From Eledone cirrhosa (taxonomy: Eukaryota): a stretch of DNA of 64,000 bases. Each line of letters starts with the position of its first letter. Position 1 is the first letter of the stretch. The notes beneath the pieces are model-generated. The model saw only the letters and a list, made by a program, of their open reading frames with translations. It made no database searches and was not told the origin of the DNA. The position numbers and the translations under genes were made by a program. The stretch is taken from positions 269,204,001 through 269,268,000 of the forward strand of contig OZ024743.1 in the NCBI GenBank assembly GCA_964016885.1. Direction: 5' to 3'. Below are positions 43,328 through 55,680 of this stretch, piece after piece.

Positions 43328-43918
43328 AGTGGTTACACAACAGTTAGTTCACCATACCGAGAACAATTGTTTCTCCTCAGCTCGGCTAGTTTGAAAGGTG
43401 TTAGGGTGTTAGCGACTAAGTCAAGAAGGTCCGCCTCGAAAGGAGCAAGTTCAGTTACCTTAGGAGGGTAGGCTCTCGATTTCAGGTTGAAGGAGTTACT
43501 GGTGCCTGTAATTTTGCCGTCACCATCTTAAGTGTCTGACGACATCTTCCGCTTTTTGTAGGAGAAGCTTTTGATAAACATGGTTGGAGGGAGTGGGAAT
43601 ATTCATCAGGGAGTAATCCAGTTCGTATAAATCCATACTGACGTTGATGAGACACAAAATTGTGTAGGGCACGAGGATATAGAGAGCGCTCACAGGGTAG
43701 GAAGCCAAACTCGCACGTGGTGAAAAATCTGCTAAAAGCCAAACTTCTACGTAGTGAAAAGAATCTGCTGACCTTTGCTGGAGACGTATATAGTGGTAGA
43801 ACACTGGAAGGTAATATCCGTAGTGGTAGAGCACTTAGTCCACGGGACGAGTTAGAAGTGGTTACACAACAGTTAGTTCACCATACCGAGAACAATTGTT
43901 TCACCTTAGCGGATCCTC

Positions 43919-43920
<2 letters not shown>
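43326..43920 (-). mobile_element. Internally deleted Naiad-type Penelope-like element bounded by direct repeats that contain hammerhead halves
   Basis: Direct repeats 43326-43373 and 43855-43902. ATG at 43636 gives MDLYELDYSLMNIPTPSNHVYQKLLLQKAEDVVRHLRW, then after a frameshift FNLKSRAYPPKVTELAPFEADLLDLVAN. This resembles the Naiad N-terminus (YSLKNIP...KRMRW...FKS..PP...L.PFE.DL). Both ends carry GAAACAATTGTTCTCGG. Confidence 0.75.
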
Positions 43921-43998
<78 letters not shown>

Positions 43999-44411
43999 AC
44001 AGTCGATCGACTTTATCAAATCGTACCGAGGAAACAATGCTTCCGTTGGTCTTTCCAACTCCAGGTAGAAGGAGCAACGTGAAATAAAATGTCTTGCCCA
44101 AAGACACAACGCATCTGCCTGTGCGGGAATCGAACTCACAACCTCACGACTGCGAATCCAATTCTCTAAACACTCAACCACGCGCCTTCATATATAACTA
44201 CTGTTAGCCAACTAACAGAGAACGAAGGACATCCGCAGTTGAAAAAGCATATGATGTTGAAACCGGTAGCATTATTAAATACCCACTTTATGAATAAATG
44301 TTTTGATATAATATTGAAAAAATCTCTCCTGCATTTTCTACTGACAAAAACATTTTTTTCCTTTTTACTATTTCTTTATATATATTAACTCGTGTGTTAC
44401 TTTTCTACATT

Positions 44412-44491
<80 letters not shown>

Positions 44492-44794
44492 GTATATATA
44501 TATATATATATATATACGTGAATGAATAATAATAATATTATGATAGTATATTATTAATTTACGGCCCTTGCCCTTCTGAGTTCAAATCCCGCCGAGGTTA
44601 ACTTTGCCTTTCATCCGTACAGGGTCGATAAAATAAAGTACCAGTAATGTACTGGGTAATTGCTGACCTTGTGCCAAAAAGTAGAAACAATTATTAATAT
44701 TTGGTCTGTTTGAAAGTAAACAGCCTCATAAACACCATGTGAGTTTTCTAGATGAACAACTTCATCCTTTTGTTTCAGCAATAACTGGGAGAAA

Positions 44795-44839
44795 ACAATC
44801 GACAATTGTTTCGGAGTGTTTGCTCCTTCTCAAGATTGT
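44795..44839 (-). ncRNA. Minimal type I hammerhead with U3-A8 core variant
   Basis: Minus strand: ACAATC-TTGAGAA-GGAG-CAAACA-CTCC-GAAA-CAATTG-TC-GATTGT. All stems pair, and the cleavage triplet is GUC. Confidence 0.65.
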
Positions 44840-46559
44840 GTATTCTCGTGTCTGCTACCCTCTGGACCTGTTCAGAATACATAGTATTCTGAAATGCATA
44901 CATCGGCTGATTAGCCTCATTGGCATACCGAGCGGTTTTTCAGTCAGCTTTGCCGAAAATTAAAAAAGCAAAATTTGTTTTTGCTCTTAAAATCAGTGTT
45001 AAACCCGAAGTCAGCCCTTTCACTTATTTTCAGATTCTTATGTCATTGCATCCATATAAGTGTACATACATGCATGATATTTGGATACATTTTGTCTGAA
45101 CAATTTCTTACACTTCAATTATATATATATATAGTAATAATAAATGTGAAGACTACAATCCGAAGAGGGCTCGATAAGGATAAATATATATCAAATATAT
45201 AAAAACCATAAAGCAAATATTTATTGAAATAGCAGATTAAAGTTTAAGCAAAGAATCGCTGCTGGAGCAGAGACCATTGGATTAGTGGTAAAGAAGACAG
45301 AGTAGAACACAGCATGTTTGTGGGATGGGGGTTGTATTAGTAGTATTGGTAAGTAAAACTATGTCAATCAGTCTAGAGTACTTGTATGTGTAGCAACAAC
45401 ACAGTGATACATGTCGAAGTAATATATACTCTTGTAGAGGTTTATATTCGCAGCGAGCCTACAACCATTAGGAGCTAGATTATTTTCTGATCCCGACGAA
45501 GAAAGATAGTGTTTGGAGTGCAAGTTTTGCTATAATGGTGATATTTCTAACAAAGTGGAGCTGATAAACAACCAAAACAATATATGAAACATCTCGCTAC
45601 CTTATTTTTAATGAAAGACTATAAAGTTCAAATCATTTCAAAAATCATCTGAAATCTGGAGAGATTTAGTAGTATAACTTACTTTTCCTCTATTACGCTC
45701 GTCTTTGGTGCATAGCTTCACACAAGTTCTTACTTTAAATTATAATGGAAGGTTTTTAAATAAATATAACTACTTTAAAATTAGCAGGGATGATTTGGTA
45801 TGAAAAGGGTGAATATAATTGAGTTAACTATAAATTCCTACAAAAAATATAACTGACAAAAAGGAGCTTCATGCGTCAGGGTTGAAAACTATTCATTTGA
45901 GAGTTCGTACTCACATTACCATTGGTACCATCAGTGTAACTACAAGCTAGCAGACTTGCAAGAAAGAGCAGTTTAATTTCCTACATTAAATAATGAGAGG
46001 ACACATTAGAAAATGAAGAATTGCATGCTCTGCAATCTACGAGATGGTCACGATTGGGTTGCTAAGTTCGAGCTGAAACATTTGTGTTAGTGGGTTGAAA
46101 CTCTACTATGGTAGACACACACACGAACACATACATACACACATACATACATACACACATACGCATACATACACACATTCACATACATACATACACTTAT
46201 ATATACATATATTACGATTGTCCTCTCGTTTACTAGGAAGATCATTAAAAAAGTGTCGTGTTAAAGAAAATAGCTTTTTTTAGCCCGCTAAACTCCTACA
46301 CATCTTTTGAGTCTTTACAAACAAAGCTGCATTTGTTCAGATTATTAGCCAGGGTTGTATTCTGTTGTACAGCACTGCGTCCTTTTAATCTGCCAATGGG
46401 ATTTGAAGACCTTCTCAAATGAACACTATGTTACGCTAGCTAATGTCCAGAACTAACTGTAGGTAAGATTTTGTCCGACCTTAAGAATTCGGTTATGATT
46501 AATCTTACAAGTCTTGGAAAAACGTATACAACCACAATTACAAGACACCAAGTTTATCC

Positions 46560-46674
<115 letters not shown>

Positions 46675-46795
46675 CGCGTGTGTGTGTGGTATAAATATGT
46701 ATGTATGTATATATATATATTAGTAGAAGACTGGTGGGTTATATTCGTAGTAGCAGAGCACTCAGTCCATGGGACGTGTTTGGTAGATGTAGTTC

Positions 46796-46898
46796 AACAA
46801 CAGTTAATTCACCATTACCGAGAACAATTGTTTAACTGGGCTGATGGTCCGACTAAGGTCAAACAATTGTTCTCGGAAATAGTGAAATAACTGTTGTG
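46796..46898 (+). mobile_element. Fold-back remnant of the 43.3-kb Naiad-type terminus with decayed hammerhead (46836-46876)
   Basis: CAACAGTTAATTCACCATTACCGAGAACAATTGTTT is inverted against AAACAATTGTTCTCGGAAATAGTGAAATAACTGTTG, with CTGATGG...AAACAATTGTT between them. Confidence 0.6.
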
Positions 46899-46904
46899 GA
46901 ACTA

Positions 46905-46999
<95 letters not shown>

Positions 47000-47001
<2 letters not shown>

Positions 47002-47166
47002 CGAAGGAAATGTGGTAAGGAACCAGGTGGACCATGACGCACCAAAGTACTCAATACTTAGGGTAGTAGAGTGGGTAATAGGAACGAGTAAAACCCCGAC
47101 GGCTGAGCTCAAGCCGTTTCGACGGCTAATTCTGGACTAAATTTAGTCCAGAATTAGCCGTCGAAA
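47000..47166 (-). mobile_element. Small fold-back element, copy 3
   Basis: Reverse orientation; perfect turn CTGGACTAAA|TTTAGTCCAG; (TA)n flanks. Confidence 0.85.
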
Positions 47167-47376
47167 GGTAATATATATATATATATATATAAAGAATTAG
47201 TATATCTACCAACATATATATACAGATGTATACCTATGCAAGCAAATATATAGGTTTTGTCTTAGTAACTTTGTGGTTCAATGCAAGGGGATGCAGAACA
47301 ATTATATGAAAAACGTAAAATAAGAAAATTATAGTAATTAGCTTACTTACTTAAATTTCACTCCAACTAATTAGTT

Positions 47377-47455
<79 letters not shown>

Positions 47456-47482
47456 CATATATACATATATATGTATATAATT

Positions 47483-47672
47483 AAGGAGTTGTGGTAAGGA
47501 ACCAGATGGACCATAACGCACCAGAGTACTCAATACTTAGGGTAGTAGAGTGGGTAATAGGAAAATGTATGACCCCGACGGTAGAGCTCAAGCCGTTTCG
47601 ACGGCTATTTATGGACTCAGAAATAGCGGTCGAAACGGCTTGAGCTCTGCCGTCGGGGTCATACATTTTCCT
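47483..47672 (-). mobile_element. Small fold-back element, copy 4
   Basis: Reverse orientation; arms AGGAAAATGTATGACCCC / GGGGTCATACATTTTCCT. Confidence 0.85.
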
Positions 47673-48088
47673 ATATGTGTATATATATATATCGCCAGCA
47701 ATTACGAGACCCTACCACAAGACAGATACCACTCAGTGCACATCTAGACATATGCGCAAGTGATAAGACACCCAAATTCCAAGTCTTCCCATTTTATCTT
47801 TGCGCTGACAACAGAACAAATACAAATAAATAAGGAAAATATGTTTATTCAAAAATATAGACCAGCATTAAATATAGTTTAATATACATTATGTCAACAC
47901 CATAACATGCTAACCATCCAATCAGACACATACATACATACACACATAACACCTATTTTCGAAAATAAAAACCAGAGCTAAATAAACCTTAACATACGTT
48001 AATACTCTAACACTTTAACATGCCCCCCCCACACCCATCCCCCCACACACATCACTCCCGCCCTCATTTCTCTAACGGAATCATTTTC

Positions 48089-48133
<45 letters not shown>

Positions 48134-49016
48134 ATATATATTCTCTCCATCTTAGCACGCTAACCATACTCCCCCCCAGACACACATACAGACACACATT
48201 TAACACCCATACACACACATATAACACCCATACACATACACACACACACACACAAGCACACAAATAAACATGCATATCTCTACTTTCTTCATTTCAATAG
48301 AAAGTCTGAATTCTGACACCCCAGCACACCAGCCATATTCACTGAACCAGAACAATTCTCCCCATCCCGTTTTTCTTGACCATTATCTTTTGTTTGGCAC
48401 GAAATTCTCTAAATGATTGCAAAAAAATTCCAAAATACGGGCGTGAAATTTAATGTACTTGTTCACGTGAGTCATAATTTCATTTATAACCAATCAAATT
48501 ACATCTATAAAAAAAAGCCTTCGTGAGCCACTTTTTTTTAAGTAAAAAAGAAATTCAAACACAAACTGGCGCGAAAGCTGATGTGCTTATTCACGAAACA
48601 AACTACACTCATATATGAAAAAACAATCTGAGTCCCCCCCCCCCCTCCACCTTTTTTTGAAGGCAAATATAATAAGAACTTTGTTATGCGAACTGGCGCG
48701 AAATTTATTATACTTATTCTCATGACAGTCATCAACCAACCAAATTACTTCTCTAAAAACCTAGCATTGGAGCCACTTTTTTCCATATAAAACAGAAGTA
48801 ACATTCAAAGATCAACCAGATGAGAGAAAAACCACAGACCCTCCATCTCAACTCTACTTTTAAAAAGCACAAGAACTGCGAAACCGGTAAAAGAACCAAA
48901 TAAATATATTAAAAAAAAAACACTCCAGTTGCATTTTCGATTCCATCTTTTTTCCTTATACTTTCACTCGTGTAGGACACCTCGGTTTTTTTCACTTTGT
49001 AAAGAAACCTCACTTC

Positions 49017-49107
<91 letters not shown>

Positions 49108-49648
49108 TTAATAATAATATTAATAATGGTTTCTTAATGGCACAAGGCCAGCAATCTTGGGGGAGGGGTAAGTCGATTAAATCGACCCCAGTGCATGACT
49201 GGTACTTTATTTTATCGACCCCGTAAGGATGAAAGGCAAAGTTAACCTCGGCGGGATTTGAACTCAGAAAATAAAGGGCCGTAACTCTATGCTGCAAAGC
49301 ATGGTGTCCGACTCTCTACCGATACTGCCAATCCACCACCCCTATAATAATAATATTAATAATGGTTTCTGATTTTAGCATAAGGCCAACAATTTCGGGG
49401 GAGGTGAAAGTCGATTGACCCCAGTGCGTTATTGGTGGTTTATTTTATCGATCTCGTAAGGCCGATAGGCAAAACTAACTTCGTGGGGATTTGAACTCAG
49501 AACGTAAAGGGATGTAAATATGTGGACGATTTATCGATACGTCCAATCAACCAAGCTGTTTATTATTATTGTACGTATATTCCGACATTGACTATAACAT
49601 CGGAATTCGAAGGATGCATATATACATGTGAGTGTGTGAATACATACA

Positions 49649-49806
<158 letters not shown>

Positions 49807-50061
49807 ACGAATCAACTCCACCACAAGGAAAATATCCGGCACCCACCACACCCTCTACGGAACTACCTTAGGAACTTACCCACGGACATACACTCACAAA
49901 CATTTTTTTTCCCACACGCCACCTACATCCACAATACGTATAAACACCACACACACATGCGTACCACCACATATTTACACACTCAGCCTCCGGAATCCTC
50001 ATCGTACTAAGAGTGAGAAATGAAATTTCATTTTTTCCATTTATATATACATACATATATA

Positions 50062-50158
<97 letters not shown>

Positions 50159-50617
50159 AATGGAAAAAATGAAATTTCATTTCTCACTTTTAGTACGGCT
50201 GATACTTAAATATAAGTATGTATACTTACATACATATATGTATACAGACGTACAGTAGTATATATATACATACATACATACACACATACATACATACATA
50301 CATACATACATACATGCACACACATATATATATATATATGTACGTATGGGTTTACCGAACATTTATTATAATGCTCGGTTTATTTGTAAACAAACAGCCC
50401 AAATTATTAGCCGTACAGTGTTCGGCACCCATCGTTGCTCTTTTGTTCAACACTGACAAAGGAACGATAAATGGAAAAAATGAAATTCTTTCCATTTATC
50501 GTTTTCGGTACGCCCGGCCGACTAACTCACTCGATATGCAAATTAGGCTGCTCAGCCGTTAATATGCATAAGGAAAGTATATACTTTCAAACGTTCAATC
50601 GACTGACAAGAAGGTAT

Positions 50618-50660
50618 ACGGTGCTGATGACAGCTAATAAGCTAGAAACTAGTTCATCGT
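50618..50660 (+). ncRNA. Minimal type I hammerhead ribozyme
   Basis: ACGGTG-CTGATGA-C-AGCT-AATA-AGCT-A-GAAA-CTAG-TT-CATCGT; palindromic stem III, GUU triplet. Confidence 0.8.
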
Positions 50661-51046
50661 TCCTTTGTCAGTGTTGAACAAAAGGGCAAGGATGGTTGCC
50701 GAACACTGTACGGCTAATAATTCGGGATGTTTGTTTACAAACAAACCGAGCATTATAATAAATGTTCGATAAACCCATACGTACATATATATATATATGT
50801 GTGCATGTATATATGTATATGCATACTACTGTACGTCTGTATACATATATGTATGTACGTATACATACTTATATTTAAGTTTCAGCCGTACTAAGAGTGA
50901 GAAATGAGATTTCATTTTTTCCATTTATCGTTTTCGGTACGCCCGGCCGACTAACTCACTCGATATGCAAATTAGGCTGCTCAGCCGTTAATATGCATAA
51001 GGAATGTATATACTTTCAAACGTTCAATCGACTGACAGGAAGGTAT

Positions 51047-51089
51047 ACGGTGCTGATGACAGCTAATAAGCTAGAAACTAGTTCATCGT
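51047..51089 (+). ncRNA. Minimal type I hammerhead ribozyme, identical tandem copy
   Basis: Identical to 50618-50660, 429 bp downstream. Confidence 0.8.
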
Positions 51090-51411
51090 TCCTTTGTCAG
51101 TGTTGAACAAAAGGGCAACGATGGTTGCCGAACACTGTACGGCTAATAATTCGGGCTGTTTGTTTACAAACAAACCGAGCATTATAATAAATGTTCGGTA
51201 AACCCATACGTACATATATATATATGTGTGCTTGTATGTATGTATGTATATACATACTACTGTACGTCTGTATACATATATGTATGTACGTATACATACT
51301 TATATTTATATATATATATATATATATACATATATATTTATAATACATAAATGTATATATATATATTTATAATATATAAATGTATATATATATGTGTTTG
51401 TATATGTGTGA

Positions 51412-51468
<57 letters not shown>

Positions 51469-52124
51469 CACACACACACATACGTTATCCATCAGCATAT
51501 CTACTTGTGATTTTAATATAATTTTGAAATATAATGCTCGGTTTGTTTGAAATACTGAAATACACACTAATGTATATAGAAACATCTCTGAGTACGTACG
51601 TCTCCAACTGACCTTTAAAAGCAATACTTGTTTCTACTATTGGCACAAGGCCAGCAATTAATCAGTACATTACTGGTACTTTATTTTATCGACCCCGTAA
51701 GGATGAAAGGCAAAGTTAACCTCGGCGGGATTTGAACTCAGAATGGCAAGGGCCGTAACTCTATGCGTCAAAGTATGGCGTCCGACCCTCTACCGATACT
51801 GCCAATTCACCGCTTATAATAGCAATAATGAAATATCTTCTAACATTTTTACATCCATTTTATAAAATAAGTACCAGTAATATTTTAATATTGGCTCTAT
51901 ATGATAGCCACGTCAAAATTATCTGTAGATCGAATCAAAAGAAAGCAGGATTTCTCTGTGAGTTTGATTTGTATTCCCGTGAAGGTGATAGTAGAGTGAA
52001 TATTGATCGGTAGTGCTGAGGATAATATCAGTGCATGATTTTCATTATACGACCATCTTTCAGGCATAGTAACTCCGTCACGTGTGAAATAAACTATTTT
52101 AAGCATTTGGTAGTTGGTCATTCC

Positions 52125-52279
52125 AGATGTAAAATTCAATATATCTTTAAATTTTGACGAATAGATCAGACTGGGTGACTTTTTTTTAGATACCTTTATT
52201 TATAAATAAAGGTATCTAAAAAAAGTCACCCATTCTGATTTATTCGTCAAAATTTAAAGATATATTAAATTTTACATCT
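52125..52279. repeat. Near-perfect palindrome (about 77-bp arms, no spacer)
   Basis: AGATGTAAAATT...AGATACCTTTATTTA|TAAATAAAGGTATCT...AATTTTACATCT. Confidence 0.9.
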
Positions 52280-52439
52280 TTCCTGGAAATAATGATCACT
52301 CCAGGGGTCAAAATATAGGCTTATGTATGTTTTGTAATGGACTGGTCGATTTTATCAATCCTTTAAACTCCGGATATATTTGGAGTGAGAAGTGGAGAAC
52401 GTCTAAATCTTACATACTGGAAAGTTTTCTATTTATTCT

Positions 52440-53106
52440 AGTGATATCAACAGCAAAGTTTTCTTTTTATACAGCTGTAGATCACCTTGACACCAGTTCT
52501 CTTAATGATCTTGTGATATCTATGGCCTAGAGGGATATACTTATAATGTTTAGGAAATTCTGGCAGCATTGGAAAGATCATTCAATGTATAGAGAGCTAT
52601 TATACTATGTAATATTTCGTTTCTTATTTTGCATTAATATTAATATTGTCCTATCTTTGAAGCTACATTATTTTAATACATCGTTGTATTAATGAATAAT
52701 ACGATTATTAGATTTCTCGTCAGTAGATACTCTGGCTATTTGCTTATTAATATTATTAATAAAGATTGTAAGTATTTGTGTAAGATTAGTTGAATATATA
52801 TTAATAAACTGCAATTTCTTGTTAGGTTTGCTATAAGAGCAGTATTCACCAATACTTAATTCTAGACTCAGTAATTAACTATACTTAAGGTATGTATTTA
52901 CTGTGATCTTTCAAGTTAACTTGATGAAATTCTTCTTAACAGCATCCAGTCTTGTCATTCATACGGCTCAAACTGAATAGACGTCATCATGGTAGAAATC
53001 AAAATCTGCAGAGTATAATCACTTCAAAATATATATCTAAATTGTACAATTCTATCAGTTCACAAACTTCAACTCCATCATATCATCCCATTGTTAAATC
53101 AAACAT
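52440..53106 (-). pseudogene. Decayed Naiad-type Penelope-like reverse transcriptase
   Basis: Minus strand: MFDLTMG*YDGVEVCELIELY (consensus FDVTMGxxDGAEVCELVGLY), FYHDD (consensus LYRDD), YSKPN...FINI, RNIT*YN, HRYHKIIKRTGVKVIYSC; many stops and frameshifts. Confidence 0.75.
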
Positions 53107-53326
53107 TTCCTGTCAATTATGTTATATCTACATTGAATCATCTGACATGATAATGCTCTAAGCTGCTACAGAGATATGTATGAAGGGAAAAGAAACCAAA
53201 AGCTTTGAAAGTACACTAGATATATTTTTTGTCCATACAATAAATATATTTGCAATTTTTAGTATATCAATTTTGTTTATTTTAATGATATATAAGTAGT
53301 TAAACACACACACACATATATATATA

Positions 53327-53436
<110 letters not shown>

Positions 53437-53825
53437 AGAGTGTTCAGGTTTGCTTGAAGCATTGTGGAATAAAAAAAAAATAGTTAGTTTCGAAGCCTCT
53501 ACAATGCTGATGTGTAAATCTTCTGGCAACGAAATCCAGTGGAAATAGGAGAAGGAGAAGGAAAAAGAAAACAAACATAAATAAACGTAAAAGGCGTAAG
53601 GAGAAAAGAGGGAAAAAAAGAGGAAGGATGCCAGAGTCTGTGTACCTTAAAAGATTTGTTAGTCCTTATATTTCGGATTTGCATCCATCAACGTTGGATA
53701 TAAATACATACGAGACAAATCAACAAAGAAAAATAACATAGGACAACATTATACATTAGTTTAACACTTGATATATATAATAGGTTTTGATATATATAAT
53801 ATGTATCATATTTTACTTTAAAGAT

Positions 53826-53996
53826 AAAATTCCGTTATAACGAATACCATTATAACGAATTTTTCAGTATAACGAAATTTTTTTCAATATCCGACCTCAC
53901 GCTCAATGTGTTAGATCGATCGCGTTATAAAGAATTTTTCGTTACAACGAATTTTTTTTTACTCCGTGAATTCCATTATAACGGAATTTTACTGTA
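53826..53996. mobile_element. pogo/Tigger-like MITE
   Basis: Inverted termini TAAAATTCCGTTATAA / TTATAACGGAATTTTACTG|TA with internal TAACGAA repeats. Confidence 0.6.
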
Positions 53997-54185
53997 TTTA
54001 CTCTATTACGTTTTCCAGCCGCTAGGCTGAGACCATGTTGGGGCACAACCATTACACATTTTCTATTCAATTAACATAATTTTTAGAGCAATTGATATAC
54101 AACCACATTTGCGCATATATATATATATATATATAAAATGTATATATATATTATATATATATATATACACACACACGCACATATG

Positions 54186-54268
<83 letters not shown>

Positions 54269-54271
54269 ATT

Positions 54272-54850
54272 TGTATAAATATTTCGTATCTCCAAAGAAA
54301 TACGGTTTTAGGAAGCCGTAGCTATGCAAACACGGGAGGGGGGGGGGCTAACGCCCTCTGGTGATGTCCAGCAGAAGCAAGGCGGACAACCGTCTATGCA
54401 TTTCAGGCTTAACTGGCCATCGTCAGGACGGTCCCTCCCACCGCTTGCGACTGCTGGACTAGAAGACAGGCGAGAATATATACTTTTCTCGTCTGTGTAA
54501 ATGGGTTGATTAATCTCATTTGCGTATGAAGCTGCATAAGTTGGCTCAACTTATAATAAAAAAGAAATAGGATTTCGCTTCAAGCATGGCTTTATACAAT
54601 ATGTATAAATATTTCGTATCTCCAAAGAAATACGGTTTTAGGAAGCCGTAGCTATGCAAACACCGGGGGGCTAACGCCCTCTGGTGATGTCTAGCAGAAG
54701 CAAGGGGCACAACCGTCTATGCATTTCAGGCTTTTATACAAATTGTATAAAGCTATGCTTGAAGCGAAATCCTCGAAATCCTATTTCTTTTTTATTATAA
54801 GTTGAGCCAACTTATGCAGCTTCATATGAGATTAATCACCTCATTTACAC
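54272..54850 (-). mobile_element. Non-coding hammerhead-bearing element: 330-bp tandem unit (about 1.4 copies) plus inverted partial copy
   Basis: 54272-54410 repeats at 54602-54732; 54742-54850 is the reverse complement of about 54495-54600. Confidence 0.8.
54389..54432 (-). ncRNA. Minimal type I hammerhead ribozyme
   Basis: Minus strand: ACCGTC-CTGACGA-T-GGC-CAGTTAA-GCC-T-GAAA-TGCA-TA-GACGGT; 6-bp stem I, palindromic stem III ATGCAT. Confidence 0.8.
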
Positions 54851-54999
54851 ATGCATATCACCAGCTGTTTTCAAAAGCAATAATAGTTCTTTAACTACTT
54901 CCAAATAAGGACATGATACTAACATGCTACTAATTCTGAGTAAAATTATTATTGAATAAAATTAGTATTGCTTTTGAAAACAGCTGGTGATATGCATGT
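54849..54999. repeat. Perfect 34-bp inverted repeat with an 83-bp spacer
   Basis: ACATGCATATCACCAGCTGTTTTCAAAAGCAATA / TATTGCTTTTGAAAACAGCTGGTGATATGCATGT. Confidence 0.85.
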
Positions 55000-55614
55000 A
55001 AGTAAATATTCTCTCTATCTGATAGTTTGTAAACTTACATAGATCAATAACTGAGTATAGATACAATGTATTATCACCATCTAGAAACGATCGTAAAGCA
55101 GTGAAGTATATCTCTAATGACTTGATTTTTTATTTCATTGTTTTAACTTATATGTTTATATATAATTTAAACAATAATCAAAACTATGTTCAAATCATTT
55201 TAATGCCGACAATTTCGTTTGGATCCTCGGAGCACTAGCAAAGTTTGGACATATAATTAACTTCCTATTCAACTGAACAATCATATAGATACATGGATAT
55301 TAATGTTGTCATCAACAGTTTCGTTTTTACAGAGTAGAATGGATGTGAAAGAGATTACAAGAGAATTGTATAATAATTAAAGAGGCATAGAGTGGAATGC
55401 ATGCGACAGAGATTACAAGAGAATAGTATAATAATTAAAGCAGTATAGAGAGTGCAAATGCGTTAGGCATATACAGGACAGTTAGGTAGGAAACAAGCAA
55501 TGGTACTAGGCATATATAATTACTGCATGGCAAAGGTATCTCATAAAATAACATAGGTTTACAAGCATATCAAGCAGCCAAAGGTGTTTGTGTATTAAAA
55601 TTATGAGTTTATGG

Positions 55615-55680
55615 GTTTTATTTACAGTATTAACAATTGTTTCAAATCAATGAAACAATTGTTAATACTGTAAATAAAAC
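55615..55680. repeat. Perfect 30-bp hairpin containing a hammerhead 3' half (GAAACAATTGTT)
   Basis: GTTTTATTTACAGTATTAACAATTGTTTCA-AATCAA-TGAAACAATTGTTAATACTGTAAATAAAAC. Confidence 0.8.

Larger units (their letters stand above)
50156..51310 (+). mobile_element. Penelope-like pseudo-LTR/retrozyme-like locus: inverted partial copy plus two tandem units of about 429 bp
   Basis: Units start at about 50479 and 50902. 50156-50468 is the reverse complement of the unit's 3' part. A further partial copy lies at 50004-50043. Confidence 0.8.

Noticed and set aside
50500-50617. SECIS element upstream of the hammerhead
   Set aside because: Hairpins are present (TATGCA..GGCTG/CAGCC..TGCATA), but the AUGA/GA quartet is missing.
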